A stretch of 64,000 nt of DNA. It comes from Ostreococcus lucimarinus (Eukaryota). Made by a program: the position numbers and the translations under genes. The DNA is taken from assembly GCA_000092065.1 (NCBI GenBank), contig CP000583.1; one strand, 5' to 3'. The notes beneath the pieces are model-generated. The model ran no database searches, was not told the origin of the DNA, and was given only the letters and a program-made list of their open reading frames with translations. Below, one piece after another: positions 54,929 to 64,000 of the stretch (its first letter is position 1; each line of letters starts with the position of its first letter).

Positions 54929-56269
54929 CTACGTATCTTCCGAAATCGAAAGCCACTGCGTGAAGATCGCTTTTTTGCCGGAGACTACGGGTTGCGCCTC
55001 GTGCAGCGATCGCATCGCCTCTTGTCCGTTTTCTCCCACGTTCCAAAACAAGATGGCTCGCCCGCGTTTCGGGAACACTCGAATCCCAAGCGTCGTCGAA
55101 TCGCACCCACAAAGCGGCACACACTTCGGAAAGAACGTCGCCCCGCCTTCTTCAGGCTCTTGAAGATAGCACATGAACGTCATCGATCTTTTGAGACTGC
55201 CCGCTCTGTTGTCGTAATGCGCCGTATATCGCTCAGTTGGACCGTACTGAACTATTTGCATCGGTTCGTGTTGATACATGACCTTGACATTTTTTCGTCG
55301 CTCGACGATCAACGGCAGACGAATCGCGGCTTGAATCCTGCGCTCGATTTCGAGAACCAAATCGTCGTGCGCCCGAGCCCCGGTGAGAAAAGTAGACGTC
55401 GAAGTCCGACCTTCCGAAAGTTTCCCGTCCGTCACGCGCGATCGCTGCATACTTGGACGCGCGATCTCAATCAATTGATCCCCCTCTTCTTCGCTCAAGA
55501 AATCTTCGAGCACGAACAAGAGACAGTCGTTTGACAGAACGCGAACGCTCGACGCGACTTGGGGCGGCGGCTTCGATCGGTGTCGCGAGACTCGCAACTC
55601 GCTCATCCAAACCTCGACGACGAATTCGTCGTCGAGGTTTCCGAGCGCGTGCAAGTCGTCGGCAAGATTGAACACGTGCTTGATTCCCCACATATCACCC
55701 TCGCGGTCGAACCTGCGATCGAAGAAAGTCTCAAAGTGCCGCTCGTCGTTCGCCGCGCCGATGAAGGTCACGCTCAACGCCGCCTCCACCGCGTGCGCGC
55801 GCGCCGCATCGCGCGACCTCTGCACGTACACCGACACCGAATCAGCGACGCCATCGTCACCCGCGCGCATCACGAATCGCCATCCAATCTTCGTTCGCTT
55901 CCCGTCGCACACGAAGGCTTGAAACTCGGGAGATCGCCGTTCCGCCTCCGCCGCCGTCGGACGCGCCACTCGCCATCGCACCCGATCCCCTCCCTCGCGT
56001 CCATCTTCATCGTATTCCACCACCGCTCGCAGCTTCCCGTCCCCTCGCGCGCTCTCCCGCGCCGCGTCCGATCGCGCCGCGTCCGATCGCGCCGGCGCGC
56101 AATCGACCGCGCCGCGCGTCACGACGAGACACCGCTCGCCCCTCGACGGCACGTCCACCCCTCCCCGCTCCCGTCGTCGCCCCGACCGCGTCCGCCCGAG
56201 TCCGCCCGTCGACGCGCTCGCCGCGATGTCCCTCGCGCGCGCGTCCCGCGTCGACATTCCCGCCCCCAT
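54929..56269 (-). CDS. Prolyl 4-hydroxylase-type 2OG-Fe(II) oxygenase domain protein with an N-terminal MATH/TRAF-like domain and an N-myristoylation motif
   Basis: The P4Hc domain is ...HYDNRAG...RSMTFMCYLQEPEEGGATFFP...GRAILFWN...EAQPVVSGKKAIFTQW. The MATH-like block is ...FQAFVCDGKRTKIGWRFVMRAG...DMWGIKHVFNLADDLHALGNLDDEFVVEVWMSE. MGAGMST has Gly2 and Ser6. ATG at 56269. Confidence 0.6.
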   Translation of the reverse strand: MGAGMSTRDARARDIAASASTGGLGRTRSGRRRERGGVDVPSRGERCLVVTRGAVDCAPARSDAARSDAARESARGDGKLRAVVEYDEDGREGGDRVRWRVARPTAAEAERRSPEFQAFVCDGKRTKIGWRFVMRAGDDGVADSVSVYVQRSRDAARAHAVEAALSVTFIGAANDERHFETFFDRRFDREGDMWGIKHVFNLADDLHALGNLDDEFVVEVWMSELRVSRHRSKPPPQVASSVRVLSNDCLLFVLEDFLSEEEGDQLIEIARPSMQRSRVTDGKLSEGRTSTSTFLTGARAHDDLVLEIERRIQAAIRLPLIVERRKNVKVMYQHEPMQIVQYGPTERYTAHYDNRAGSLKRSMTFMCYLQEPEEGGATFFPKCVPLCGCDSTTLGIRVFPKRGRAILFWNVGENGQEAMRSLHEAQPVVSGKKAIFTQWLSISEDT

Positions 56270-56575
56270 CCCGCGCGACGCGCGTCCTCGCGCGAGACCG
56301 AGACCGACTTATTTCGTCCGATCGCGCGCCGATCGCGCGAATCGTCGTCGCCCGCGCCCGCGCCCGCGCGCGCCGTCGCGTCGTCGTCGCGCTCGGATCG
56401 CGCGCCGCGTTTTTTTCGCGCGCGCGCGTCGGTCTTCGCGCCGCGAATCCGCGCGCGCGCGTCGCGATCTCGCGCCGCGCGCGCCTCGGATGCGTCAACG
56501 TCGAGCGTCGAACTCGTCGGTTTGTATTCCGCGTCGACGATCGAGGGCGACCGCGGCACAGTCGCGCGCGAAGGA

Positions 56576-59500
56576 ATGGCGACCGAAACGGACGAGCGCG
56601 CGTCGATCGAGCGCGCGCTGACGTCGCTCGCGCTGACGGACGACGCGGCGCTGGAGCGCGTGCTCGAAAAGCTGCTGCCGAGCGCGATCGACGCGCTCGC
56701 GACGACGCATCCGAACAATGTCGCGAAAATCATGGATCTGCTGAGACACATCAATAAGCGCGTGAACGCGACGACGACGATCGGGTTGCCGCTGGAGAGG
56801 ATGGTGGACGCGTATTTGACGACGACGAACGCGATGGTGCGGAATTTTGCGCTGGTGTACGCGGAGAAGGCGTTTGAGAGGGCGGACGCGGAGACGCGGG
56901 AGATTCAAATCGCGCGAGCGTGTCGAGGGGCGTCGAGACGGTCGAGTGAACAGGCGGATATGGTGTTTCGAATGGCGATGCAGGCGCTGGGGGAGCTTTC
57001 GACGAGAGATCCGAGGCGCGATGTGGAATTTTTGAGCGATGATGACGATCGGAAGTTGTTTTTGAGACGCGCGAGAGATTTTTTCGCGTACTCGCCGAAC
57101 GCCGTGGGAACGAGCGCGAGGACGACACCAAATCGTTTGGAGGCGCATTTATCGGCGTTGGCGGGGGCGTCGATCGGGGTTGAAGGAGCACCGGAGGGAG
57201 CGTTGCGAGCGGCGGCGGAAGCACAGCGAGAAGACGCCGAGAGGAGCGTCGAGGCGCCGACGTTGAGCGCGCCGCCGAGCCTGTCGCCGAGCGCGGTGGA
57301 ACGGATTTTAGGGAAAGGGAAAGCGCCACCTACGCCGGTGGCGTTAGGTAAGCGAAAGTTAAAGCTACTTGAATACATAGCGAGCGCGGAGGTGCTCGAT
57401 CCCGTGCCAGATATCGATATGGACGACGCGGGCGTCGACGATGGCGTCGAGAAGGAGCGCGAGACAAAGAGTAGATTCTTAGTGAGTGGGGCGGAAATGC
57501 TCACGCATTGTCTCATCGCGTCGTGTGATGGTGATCATGAAGTATCCAAACGTGGCGAAGAATTACTCAAGCGACGATGTACGTGGGAGACGAACAAGCC
57601 GATTGTCAACTTGGACGACGGGGCAACGACGAGCGAATTATTCCAACTCTTCCTCGGTTCATCGCTGGACGTGCCGGTGGAGTCTCGCATCTTGCCCGCC
57701 TCGCCGGCGGTGAAATTAAAAATCATGAATTTGCTCACGCGATCCATGGCGGCGGCTGACGCGTTCCCGAAAAATCTCGAGACGGTGAAAATGTGCCTGT
57801 ACGGCGACGGTACGACGACACGATTGAAGGCGTGCGGCATGCAGTTTACCGTATGGATGCTGACTCACGCGACGAGTAAGGAATTACTCGCGTTTGCCCC
57901 TTCGTTAATGAATGGTATGCTCGAAATTTTAGATTCGCGCACCGACGGCTCGAACGAGGGAGATCAGACTGTGACTTTTGCGCAAGAAACTTTGCGCGGA
58001 TTTTGCTATCAAGCACTTTCGCAGCTCGCCGAGCGCGACAAAGTGAGCGTGAATCGAGACGTGTTGCTTGCCGAGCGAGTTTTCGACGCGTTAGAAAGCG
58101 AACCAGATGGCGTGAAATCCTACGTGCAAGAGGCGGCGCGAACGCTAGTTTCGGCGTATCGCGATTCGCCGTCGACGTACGTACAAACGCGAATGGAAGA
58201 ATTGATTTTGAGTGCCATCGAGGACAATGATAACAAGGTCAAGCGTCTCGTCGGTGCGCAATGGGCGACTGAAATGTTTCCGTTCTCACACGTCCCGTCG
58301 CGGTATGCCAGCATTTTAGCCTCGGGGGACGCCAAGCACGAGATGCAAACGCTGGGCCGACGAGGTTTGCAACCGAGCGCGACTCGCAAGACAAAGGACG
58401 ACGCGGTTTTACACATCGAGCGCTGGGACGGGTGCGATCGAGAAGTCACCGCGCGCTCGTGGGTGGATGAGAACGCGATGTTTGTGGATTTAACAAGCGA
58501 CCATTATCGATACATGGAATATCTGGCGTTCTGTCGAGGCGAGACGCCTCGCGTGCTAGAAAAGCACCCACCAGCGTCTTCGTTACTTCGGTATCTCGTC
58601 ATCAAACTTCCTGGCTTGAACGTCGACCCCGCACTACACGCGGCTTTGCTTTTGCCTGAGAACGCCATGATAAGTGCACTGGATTTCGTGAACGCGTGTT
58701 TAAAGAGCGATTATTCCAAGTCGAGAAAGTTGGAGGCGAACGACGTGAAGCTCTACCTCAACTTTTTGAACCGGTGCCTCGTCAAATCGTCGGGACCAGC
58801 CCTCGCGAGCGAAGCCTTACGTAGTTTCATAGACTTGCTCGAGCGTGAACCAGCGTTACTCAGCGAAAAGGCTACCGCGGATGCGATTCTAGTGCGTCTG
58901 AGACACTTCGTGTCTCACACAGATGCAGAGACTCGTCGGCGCGCCGCCAAACTTTGCGGCGTTCTTGTTGGTAATCTTGAGGCCGATGCGAGGGTACCTT
59001 TTATGGATGAATTTCTGTCGCTGTGTAAAGGAGACGAACGTGGCGCTCGTCTGGAGCACCAAGAGGGCGCATTAAGCGCGACTGGCTACATCGTAGGTTC
59101 AGGAAAGATTCCGGATGTCGACGCGCTGCGCGCAATTCAAACCTTTGTCGACTTGGCAAAGAAAGTAGGCAAAGGACAAAGTGCCGAAGCTAACTTGGCG
59201 AGTGTCGCGGCGGAAGCGATCGGTCACGCAGGACTACGTAAGCCCTTGCACGCTGATATCATCGAGGACGCGCTCGACGCAGTGTGTGGCGTTCTGCAAA
59301 ACACAGATCCACACGTCGCCAAGCTAGGCGCTCGAGCCGCTGGACACATCATGCTCACGGATGCAAGTGAAAGTACCGCATCTGCGCTTTTACCGCGGCT
59401 TCTTGCGATGTGCGAGGTGAAACACGATGACACACAGTTCGCCATAGGTGAGGCGGTTGCGTGTGCGTGGGGGGGCGTCGATGTCGACGCCGATCGCGTG

Positions 59501-62416
59501 CTCACGACGTCTTTTGTTTCGCTTAACGCCGCTATGAAGTCGCTCGCCTCTGAAGGCAATGACGGTGCCTCTATCGTCGGTATGGATGTTGATGAAATTA
59601 AAGCGCGAGTTGCGGCGTACGATCAAGCGAGCGATCCGCGTGCGCACGTCCATCGCGCCGTGCTCGACGCAATTTTCAACCAGTACATTTACAGCGCTCG
59701 TGTCGAAAAGAGATGCGCTGCGTGCGTCTGGTTGCTTTCTCTCGTCACGCACACGAACAACCATCCACGGTTGTTATCGATGCTTCAAGACGTTCAGGAA
59801 GCGTTTGGATCCTTGTTGGGTGATCAGAACGATCTCACACAAGAACTCGCGAGTCGAGGGATGAGCATCTTGTACGACATGGGCGATGAGGTTCAACAGA
59901 AGGAACTTCTCGCTGCGCTGATGGGCACGCTCAACGGCGTCGCGCCAAAGAAGCGTCACATCAAGCTCGACGACAAGGCTGAAGTTTTCGAAGAAGGTAC
60001 CATCGCACTCGATGATAAAGCGTTGAGAAGTGGTGATAGCGATAAGAGTTCTCTCACGACGTACCAGGAGCTTTGCAGCGTCGTAACGGATATAGGGCAG
60101 CCCGACTTGATTTACAAATTCATGGATCTCGCAAACCATCAGCGCGCGATGAATTCATCTCGAGGTGCCGCGTTCGGATTTGCCTCCATCGCGAAGCGCG
60201 CGGGTGATGCTGTGACGCCACACTTGGAGAAGCTCGTGCCAAAACTTTATCGGATGATGCACGATCCGAATCCACAGATGCAAGAGGCAGTCAGAGGCAT
60301 CTGGGTGTCTTTGGTGGATTCGCCAAAGGCAACCGTGGACAAGCACTTTGAAGCCATCATGGATGAGTTATTGCGTGAGTCTGGCAGTCGACTTTGGCGG
60401 ACGCGTCAATCGAGTGCAAGTGCGTTGAGTGAAATATTGTCCGGGCGAACTTTCAAAGAGATCGAACCTTACTTGGAGAAAATTTGGGACGTGTGCCTAC
60501 GCGTCATCGACGACATCAAAGAAACAGTGCGCATATCGGGCGAAGGTTTGTGCCGATCGGTGCGTTCATTGACACTGCGCCTATGCGACGCCCACCACAG
60601 CGGACCAAGTGAAGTCAAGGGAACAATTGGTATCGTTTTGCCAATCATGCTTGAGCGCGGACTACTTTCCACGGTGAAGGAGGTGCAAGCGCTTAGCATG
60701 GATGTCATCATGAAATTGGTCAAGTTTGCCGACGGCGACGCCATCAGACCACACATCGCTGAAATCGTGAAAACGCTGTTAGAATCGCTTTCGGGCATGG
60801 AAGACTCGAGATTGAATTACATCGAACAGCACGCCGCGTCGTTTGGACAGGGAGCAAGTGATAAGTTGGAGGCGATGCGTTTGCGCGCGGCGAAATCAAG
60901 TCCGATGGGCGAGACGCTCGACCTTCTCATGGCGCACATTGACGAAGACGTGATGAAAGAGCTCGTTTCCACTATGAACTCTGTGTTGCGAACGGGCGTG
61001 GGCCTCAATACTCGAGCGGGCGCGGGTCGTTTTCTTCAGCGTTTGTGTATGCGACGCGGTCGACTCGTGCGACCGCACGCCGCGACTCTGTTCAAGATGC
61101 TTTTGGCGTCGGCAGTGAATGACGCATCGGCAGCGGTGCGAACGAGTTTCATCTCCGCCATCGCCGCCATCGCGCGGTACGCCGAAGAGCCCGGAGTCAA
61201 TGCTTTAGCGCAAGAGATCGCACGCTTATTCAAGAGCGACACCGAAACTGAACGTGCTGTTGCGGCGCAGCTTGCACTCGAGCTGTCGCGCAACGCGCCC
61301 GATGCGTTGAGTCCGCAAAAAACTCTTGTTCTTCCCCTCGCTTTCGTCGGCTCCTATGATTCCATCGACGCCGGTAAGAAAAAGTGGAGTGAAGTGTGGG
61401 AAGAAAATTCGGGCGGCGTCTCGGCAAGCCTTCGCGTTTACTTTGACGAAATTCTCGCGATAACATTTGAGTACTTGGCGGCGAAGCAGTGGCAACGCAA
61501 GAAGCAAGGCGCGGAAGTTTTCGCCGCAATATCGCGCGCGTCCGCAGATGTCATCGCGACCAGAGCTGATGATGTGATTACACGACTTTTGGCCGAGCTT
61601 CCTGGACGTATATGGGAAGGGAAGACATCCGTTCTTGATGCGGTGGCGGCATTGACGAGCGCTTGCCCACGACAAATTGACGCGACGGCTGTGGTGGATG
61701 CTTTGCTCACCGAGAGTCAAAGAGCTAAGACTGATTACCGCAAGTCCGCTCTAGATGCTGTTGATGCAGTACTCGTCGCGATTGCGTCAACGGAGAGCGA
61801 TATTGACACGGAAATTATCGCGAAAGTTGTTCCGGTGGTGGAGTGCGCGTTAAAAGCAGCGCCTGCGCCCGTCGATGACATCGACTCTGGCGTCGGTGCC
61901 GCAGGATCTTTGGAACGCCAAAACGAAGCTAAGTACGAGGCCGAGAAGCGTCAGAAATCCCAGTCGATGACAGCGACTGCCGCAACGACCGTTCTCGCGA
62001 CTGTGCTGAATCGCTTCAAATCTCTCGATGCAATTCGTCCGCATGCTTCGCTATGCGCCGAGCTTTGCGTCGCAAGTCTCGATGCGGAGTTAAGCAAAGA
62101 TCGTCGACGCCAAGGTCTGAAGGCAGTCGTCGGCTTGATGCGTATCGTTCGAGATTCGAAAGAATCCGTGGCCTCGTTCGCTGTCGAGCCTCTTCTTGAA
62201 GTCGTCGTCGCTGCCGCCGGCGACTCATCCTCCACGGCGCTTCGGCTCGACGCTATCGAAGCCTTACTCGCGCTCGCGAGCCATACGCCGGTAAAGTCAG
62301 CGGTAGAAGATGCGCTAAAGCAATGCGTAACGAATGACAAATCTCCAGACGTTGTTCGATCCGCCATGCGCGCGAGAGCCGAACTCACGGGAGGTACAGT
62401 CCCGATGACAGCATAG
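56576..62416 (+). CDS. ECM29: Proteasome-associated scaffold ECM29 homologue (HEAT-repeat protein), single exon of 1946 aa
   Basis: Long collinear similarity to ECM29, for example ...RCAACVWLLSLVTH...NDLTQELASRGMSILYDMGDEVQQKELL...SSLTTYQELCSVVTDIGQPDLIYKFMDLANHQRAMNSSRGAAFGFASIAKRAGD...LVPKLYRMMHDPNPQMQEAVRGIW...RLWRTRQSSASALSEIL...IWDVCLRVIDDIKETVR... The N-terminus MATETDERASIERALTSLALTDDAALERVLEKLLP aligns with the ECM29 N-terminus. ATG at 56576 (M340 of ORF 55559..62416). Confidence 0.85.
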   Translation: MATETDERASIERALTSLALTDDAALERVLEKLLPSAIDALATTHPNNVAKIMDLLRHINKRVNATTTIGLPLERMVDAYLTTTNAMVRNFALVYAEKAFERADAETREIQIARACRGASRRSSEQADMVFRMAMQALGELSTRDPRRDVEFLSDDDDRKLFLRRARDFFAYSPNAVGTSARTTPNRLEAHLSALAGASIGVEGAPEGALRAAAEAQREDAERSVEAPTLSAPPSLSPSAVERILGKGKAPPTPVALGKRKLKLLEYIASAEVLDPVPDIDMDDAGVDDGVEKERETKSRFLVSGAEMLTHCLIASCDGDHEVSKRGEELLKRRCTWETNKPIVNLDDGATTSELFQLFLGSSLDVPVESRILPASPAVKLKIMNLLTRSMAAADAFPKNLETVKMCLYGDGTTTRLKACGMQFTVWMLTHATSKELLAFAPSLMNGMLEILDSRTDGSNEGDQTVTFAQETLRGFCYQALSQLAERDKVSVNRDVLLAERVFDALESEPDGVKSYVQEAARTLVSAYRDSPSTYVQTRMEELILSAIEDNDNKVKRLVGAQWATEMFPFSHVPSRYASILASGDAKHEMQTLGRRGLQPSATRKTKDDAVLHIERWDGCDREVTARSWVDENAMFVDLTSDHYRYMEYLAFCRGETPRVLEKHPPASSLLRYLVIKLPGLNVDPALHAALLLPENAMISALDFVNACLKSDYSKSRKLEANDVKLYLNFLNRCLVKSSGPALASEALRSFIDLLEREPALLSEKATADAILVRLRHFVSHTDAETRRRAAKLCGVLVGNLEADARVPFMDEFLSLCKGDERGARLEHQEGALSATGYIVGSGKIPDVDALRAIQTFVDLAKKVGKGQSAEANLASVAAEAIGHAGLRKPLHADIIEDALDAVCGVLQNTDPHVAKLGARAAGHIMLTDASESTASALLPRLLAMCEVKHDDTQFAIGEAVACAWGGVDVDADRVLTTSFVSLNAAMKSLASEGNDGASIVGMDVDEIKARVAAYDQASDPRAHVHRAVLDAIFNQYIYSARVEKRCAACVWLLSLVTHTNNHPRLLSMLQDVQEAFGSLLGDQNDLTQELASRGMSILYDMGDEVQQKELLAALMGTLNGVAPKKRHIKLDDKAEVFEEGTIALDDKALRSGDSDKSSLTTYQELCSVVTDIGQPDLIYKFMDLANHQRAMNSSRGAAFGFASIAKRAGDAVTPHLEKLVPKLYRMMHDPNPQMQEAVRGIWVSLVDSPKATVDKHFEAIMDELLRESGSRLWRTRQSSASALSEILSGRTFKEIEPYLEKIWDVCLRVIDDIKETVRISGEGLCRSVRSLTLRLCDAHHSGPSEVKGTIGIVLPIMLERGLLSTVKEVQALSMDVIMKLVKFADGDAIRPHIAEIVKTLLESLSGMEDSRLNYIEQHAASFGQGASDKLEAMRLRAAKSSPMGETLDLLMAHIDEDVMKELVSTMNSVLRTGVGLNTRAGAGRFLQRLCMRRGRLVRPHAATLFKMLLASAVNDASAAVRTSFISAIAAIARYAEEPGVNALAQEIARLFKSDTETERAVAAQLALELSRNAPDALSPQKTLVLPLAFVGSYDSIDAGKKKWSEVWEENSGGVSASLRVYFDEILAITFEYLAAKQWQRKKQGAEVFAAISRASADVIATRADDVITRLLAELPGRIWEGKTSVLDAVAALTSACPRQIDATAVVDALLTESQRAKTDYRKSALDAVDAVLVAIASTESDIDTEIIAKVVPVVECALKAAPAPVDDIDSGVGAAGSLERQNEAKYEAEKRQKSQSMTATAATTVLATVLNRFKSLDAIRPHASLCAELCVASLDAELSKDRRRQGLKAVVGLMRIVRDSKESVASFAVEPLLEVVVAAAGDSSSTALRLDAIEALLALASHTPVKSAVEDALKQCVTNDKSPDVVRSAMRARAELTGGTVPMTA

Positions 62417-62459
62417 CGCAAAAAGGAGCTTGCTCCGTGTAAATTACTACAACGATGAA

Positions 62460-63020
62460 TTAAATGTTCGGCAATACGAACGTCACGAGACTGACGAATC
62501 CGATGAGCAAGATGAGCGCGTTCCAAACTCCCGCCTGCACCCCCATCATGGTGAAGTTGGCCACCATGCCCGAGACCTCGCGCTTTTCGTCATCCGTCAA
62601 GTTGGCGTTGTCCACGATGCTCGACGTCACCACGTCTTTCCGCCCCTCCCAAAACTGTTCCTCTTCTGCCTTCGCTTGCACGTACGTCGCCAAATCATCG
62701 AGCGTATTCTCCAGTTTTCGCACGGCGTCTTCGTCGTCTTCGCTCGGTGCTCGACCCTCAAGCGCGTCTTGGTACAGCTGCAGCGCCTTGAGATCGTTCC
62801 GGTTCCCCGCCACCACGCGACGAATGGTCGGCATCTTCGTGTTCATCGCCTTCAAGTCGTCCGTGAGCGTTTTCGCGCGTTCGATGAGGGCGTCGGTCGT
62901 GACTTGGGCGCGAATGACGGATCGCGAGCGGGACGGATAAGCCGCGCGGCGCGAGGCGGCGACGGTCGTGCGCCCGGAGACTTGCGCTGGCGTCATCGTT
63001 CGCGCGAACGACGCGTGCAT
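62460..63020 (-). CDS. Hypothetical tail-anchored protein with an organelle-type presequence
   Basis: MHASFARTMTPAQVSGRTTVAASRRAAYPSRSRSVIRAQV..., then a helical segment and the C-terminal TM ...GVWNALILLIGFVSLVTFVLPNI. ATG at 63020. No family recognised. Confidence 0.4.
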   Translation of the reverse strand: MHASFARTMTPAQVSGRTTVAASRRAAYPSRSRSVIRAQVTTDALIERAKTLTDDLKAMNTKMPTIRRVVAGNRNDLKALQLYQDALEGRAPSEDDEDAVRKLENTLDDLATYVQAKAEEEQFWEGRKDVVTSSIVDNANLTDDEKREVSGMVANFTMMGVQAGVWNALILLIGFVSLVTFVLPNI

Positions 63021-63104
63021 CGTTATTCGACTACGAGCGTCGATGGCGCGATCGTGAGCGCGCGCTGGGAAGTGCCGCGCGTGGGGCTCCGCTCTGGCTC
63101 ATCA

Positions 63105-63779
63105 TCAGGCGACGTCGTCCGCCTGAAGCGTCGCTTCAGAATCCTCTAAAAACCGCCCCGACGCCCATCCAGAGTAATGACACCTCCACGTCCCGTCGTC
63201 ATAAGCGTCTACGACGCACTCGGCGAAGTTTCCGACGCCGCGTCGCATCTGGCACAGACGCTTTTCCTCGCGGTTGGCGCCGCCGGCGAACAGCCGACCG
63301 AGCACGCCGCCGTGCGTCACGGCGATGATCTTCTTTCCGGCGTAGTTTCCCGTGCTTACTGTTTGGAAAAACGCGCTCAATCGCGCGTCCACTCCCGCGC
63401 TCGACTCACCGCCGCCGGGCACGGCGGCGTTGCGGTCGCGCGACTTCCACACCTTGAATGCCGAAGGCACCGACGTCGCGAGCGAAGCCCTCTCGAGTCC
63501 TTGCAAGTCTCCCAAGTGACGCTCTCTCAGGTTCGCGTCTTCGATGAGCGCCAAGTCCAGGGCGTCTGCGATCGCCCGCCCGGTGACGCTGGCGCGGCGG
63601 AGGTCGCTGCTAAACACCGCGACGGCGTCGTCGTGCGCAGCGGCAGCTCTCGGCGCCGCGAGCGCAACTTGTTCGAGTCCGGTTTCGTCAAGCGGTGGGT
63701 CCAGTTGGCCTTGTATTGAGTGTCGAGCGTTGAACTCCGACTGCGCGTGCCTGAAAAAGACGACTCTGGTCGACGGCAT
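63105..63779 (-). CDS. Histidine-phosphatase superfamily protein (phosphoglycerate-mutase-like, branch 1)
   Basis: ...VVFFRHAQSEFNARHSIQGQLDPPLDETGLEQ... is the RHG motif, and ...KKIIAVTHGGVLGRLF... is the second catalytic His. ATG at 63779. Confidence 0.75.
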   Translation of the reverse strand: MPSTRVVFFRHAQSEFNARHSIQGQLDPPLDETGLEQVALAAPRAAAAHDDAVAVFSSDLRRASVTGRAIADALDLALIEDANLRERHLGDLQGLERASLATSVPSAFKVWKSRDRNAAVPGGGESSAGVDARLSAFFQTVSTGNYAGKKIIAVTHGGVLGRLFAGGANREEKRLCQMRRGVGNFAECVVDAYDDGTWRCHYSGWASGRFLEDSEATLQADDVA

Positions 63780-63900
63780 GCCCGGTTGTGAGGTGGTGAG
63801 CTTGATTGATTCGATAACTGTCAGTTTTCATTTTCAACTCGTTTTGTGATTGTCGTGCGAGCTAAGAGCAGATTCAAGAGCATGGGATTCTACGAACGCG

Positions 63901-64000
63901 TTAGAACTGCACGTACAGGTCGCGATCGGCGTTCATTTCCTGAACCAACTCGACCGCCTCCGTGAGGGCGACTTCGCCGAATTTGGTCAAGTAGTTGTTG
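63901..64000 (-). CDS. 3' end (C-terminus) of a gene continuing beyond the window
   Basis: The minus-strand frame ...NYLTKFGEVALTEAVELVQEMNADRDLYVQF* has its stop at 63903-63901, is GC3-rich and is not repetitive. Only the last 32 codons are in the window. Confidence 0.4.
   Translation of the reverse strand, partial: NNYLTKFGEVALTEAVELVQEMNADRDLYVQF

Noticed and set aside
55559-56575. First 339 codons of ORF 55559..62416 upstream of the ECM29 ATG
   Set aside because: R/P/S-rich and antisense to the P4H gene. The ECM29 homology starts exactly at ATG 56576.
63781-63830. Possible 5'-UTR intron upstream of the PGAM-like gene (minus strand: actgacagttatcgaatcaatcaag before the ATG)
   Set aside because: Only a partial branch-like motif (ACTGACAG) and no convincing GTGCGY donor upstream; too weak to call.
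1-64000. Search for prokaryotic-style defence islands, operons, integrases or transposases, reverse transcriptases, viral capsid or polymerase genes, and rRNA
   Set aside because: None were found; every confident gene is a typical eukaryotic nuclear gene. The only candidate mobile-like sequences are the stereotyped introns, which are reported as a finding rather than as annotated mobile elements.

Overview
This window is eukaryotic nuclear DNA, not prokaryotic. It is very GC-rich (about 65-70%), with GC3-biased codons and extremely high gene density: about 45 protein-coding genes in 64 kb on both strands, often with under 150 bp between divergent start codons. Almost every gene is a single exon, for example a 1946-aa ECM29-like gene and a 1378-aa zinc-finger gene. 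I could support six short spliceosomal introns, and five of them share the same stereotyped signals: a GTGCGY donor and a GACTGAC(GA) motif 25-38 nt upstream of the AG acceptor. One locus holds three tandem copies of an intron-containing tRNA-Ser(GCT) gene. Recognisable products include SmD3, NOP58, PPIL2, NUS1, nucleostemin/GNL3, ECM29, class I aldolase, a plastid-type triose-phosphate translocator, a Deg protease, NAD kinase, thioredoxin h, and BCCT, MATE and MFS transporters. Many genes are followed by TGTAA shortly after the stop codon, and together with the plastid-type proteins this fits a compact green-lineage picoeukaryote (prasinophyte-like) genome; that is an inference. I found no CRISPR array, transposase or integrase, no viral genes and no prokaryotic defence operon. 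The most unusual content is the stereotyped intron family, which is compatible with introner-like elements, plus several atypical domain fusions and a zinc-finger gene built from near-identical 180-bp tandem repeats. The ORF track greatly overcalls in this GC-rich DNA: antisense and out-of-frame ORFs are long, and it often reports GTG/TTG starts. Internal coordinates I derived by reading the sequence may be off by 1-2 nt.
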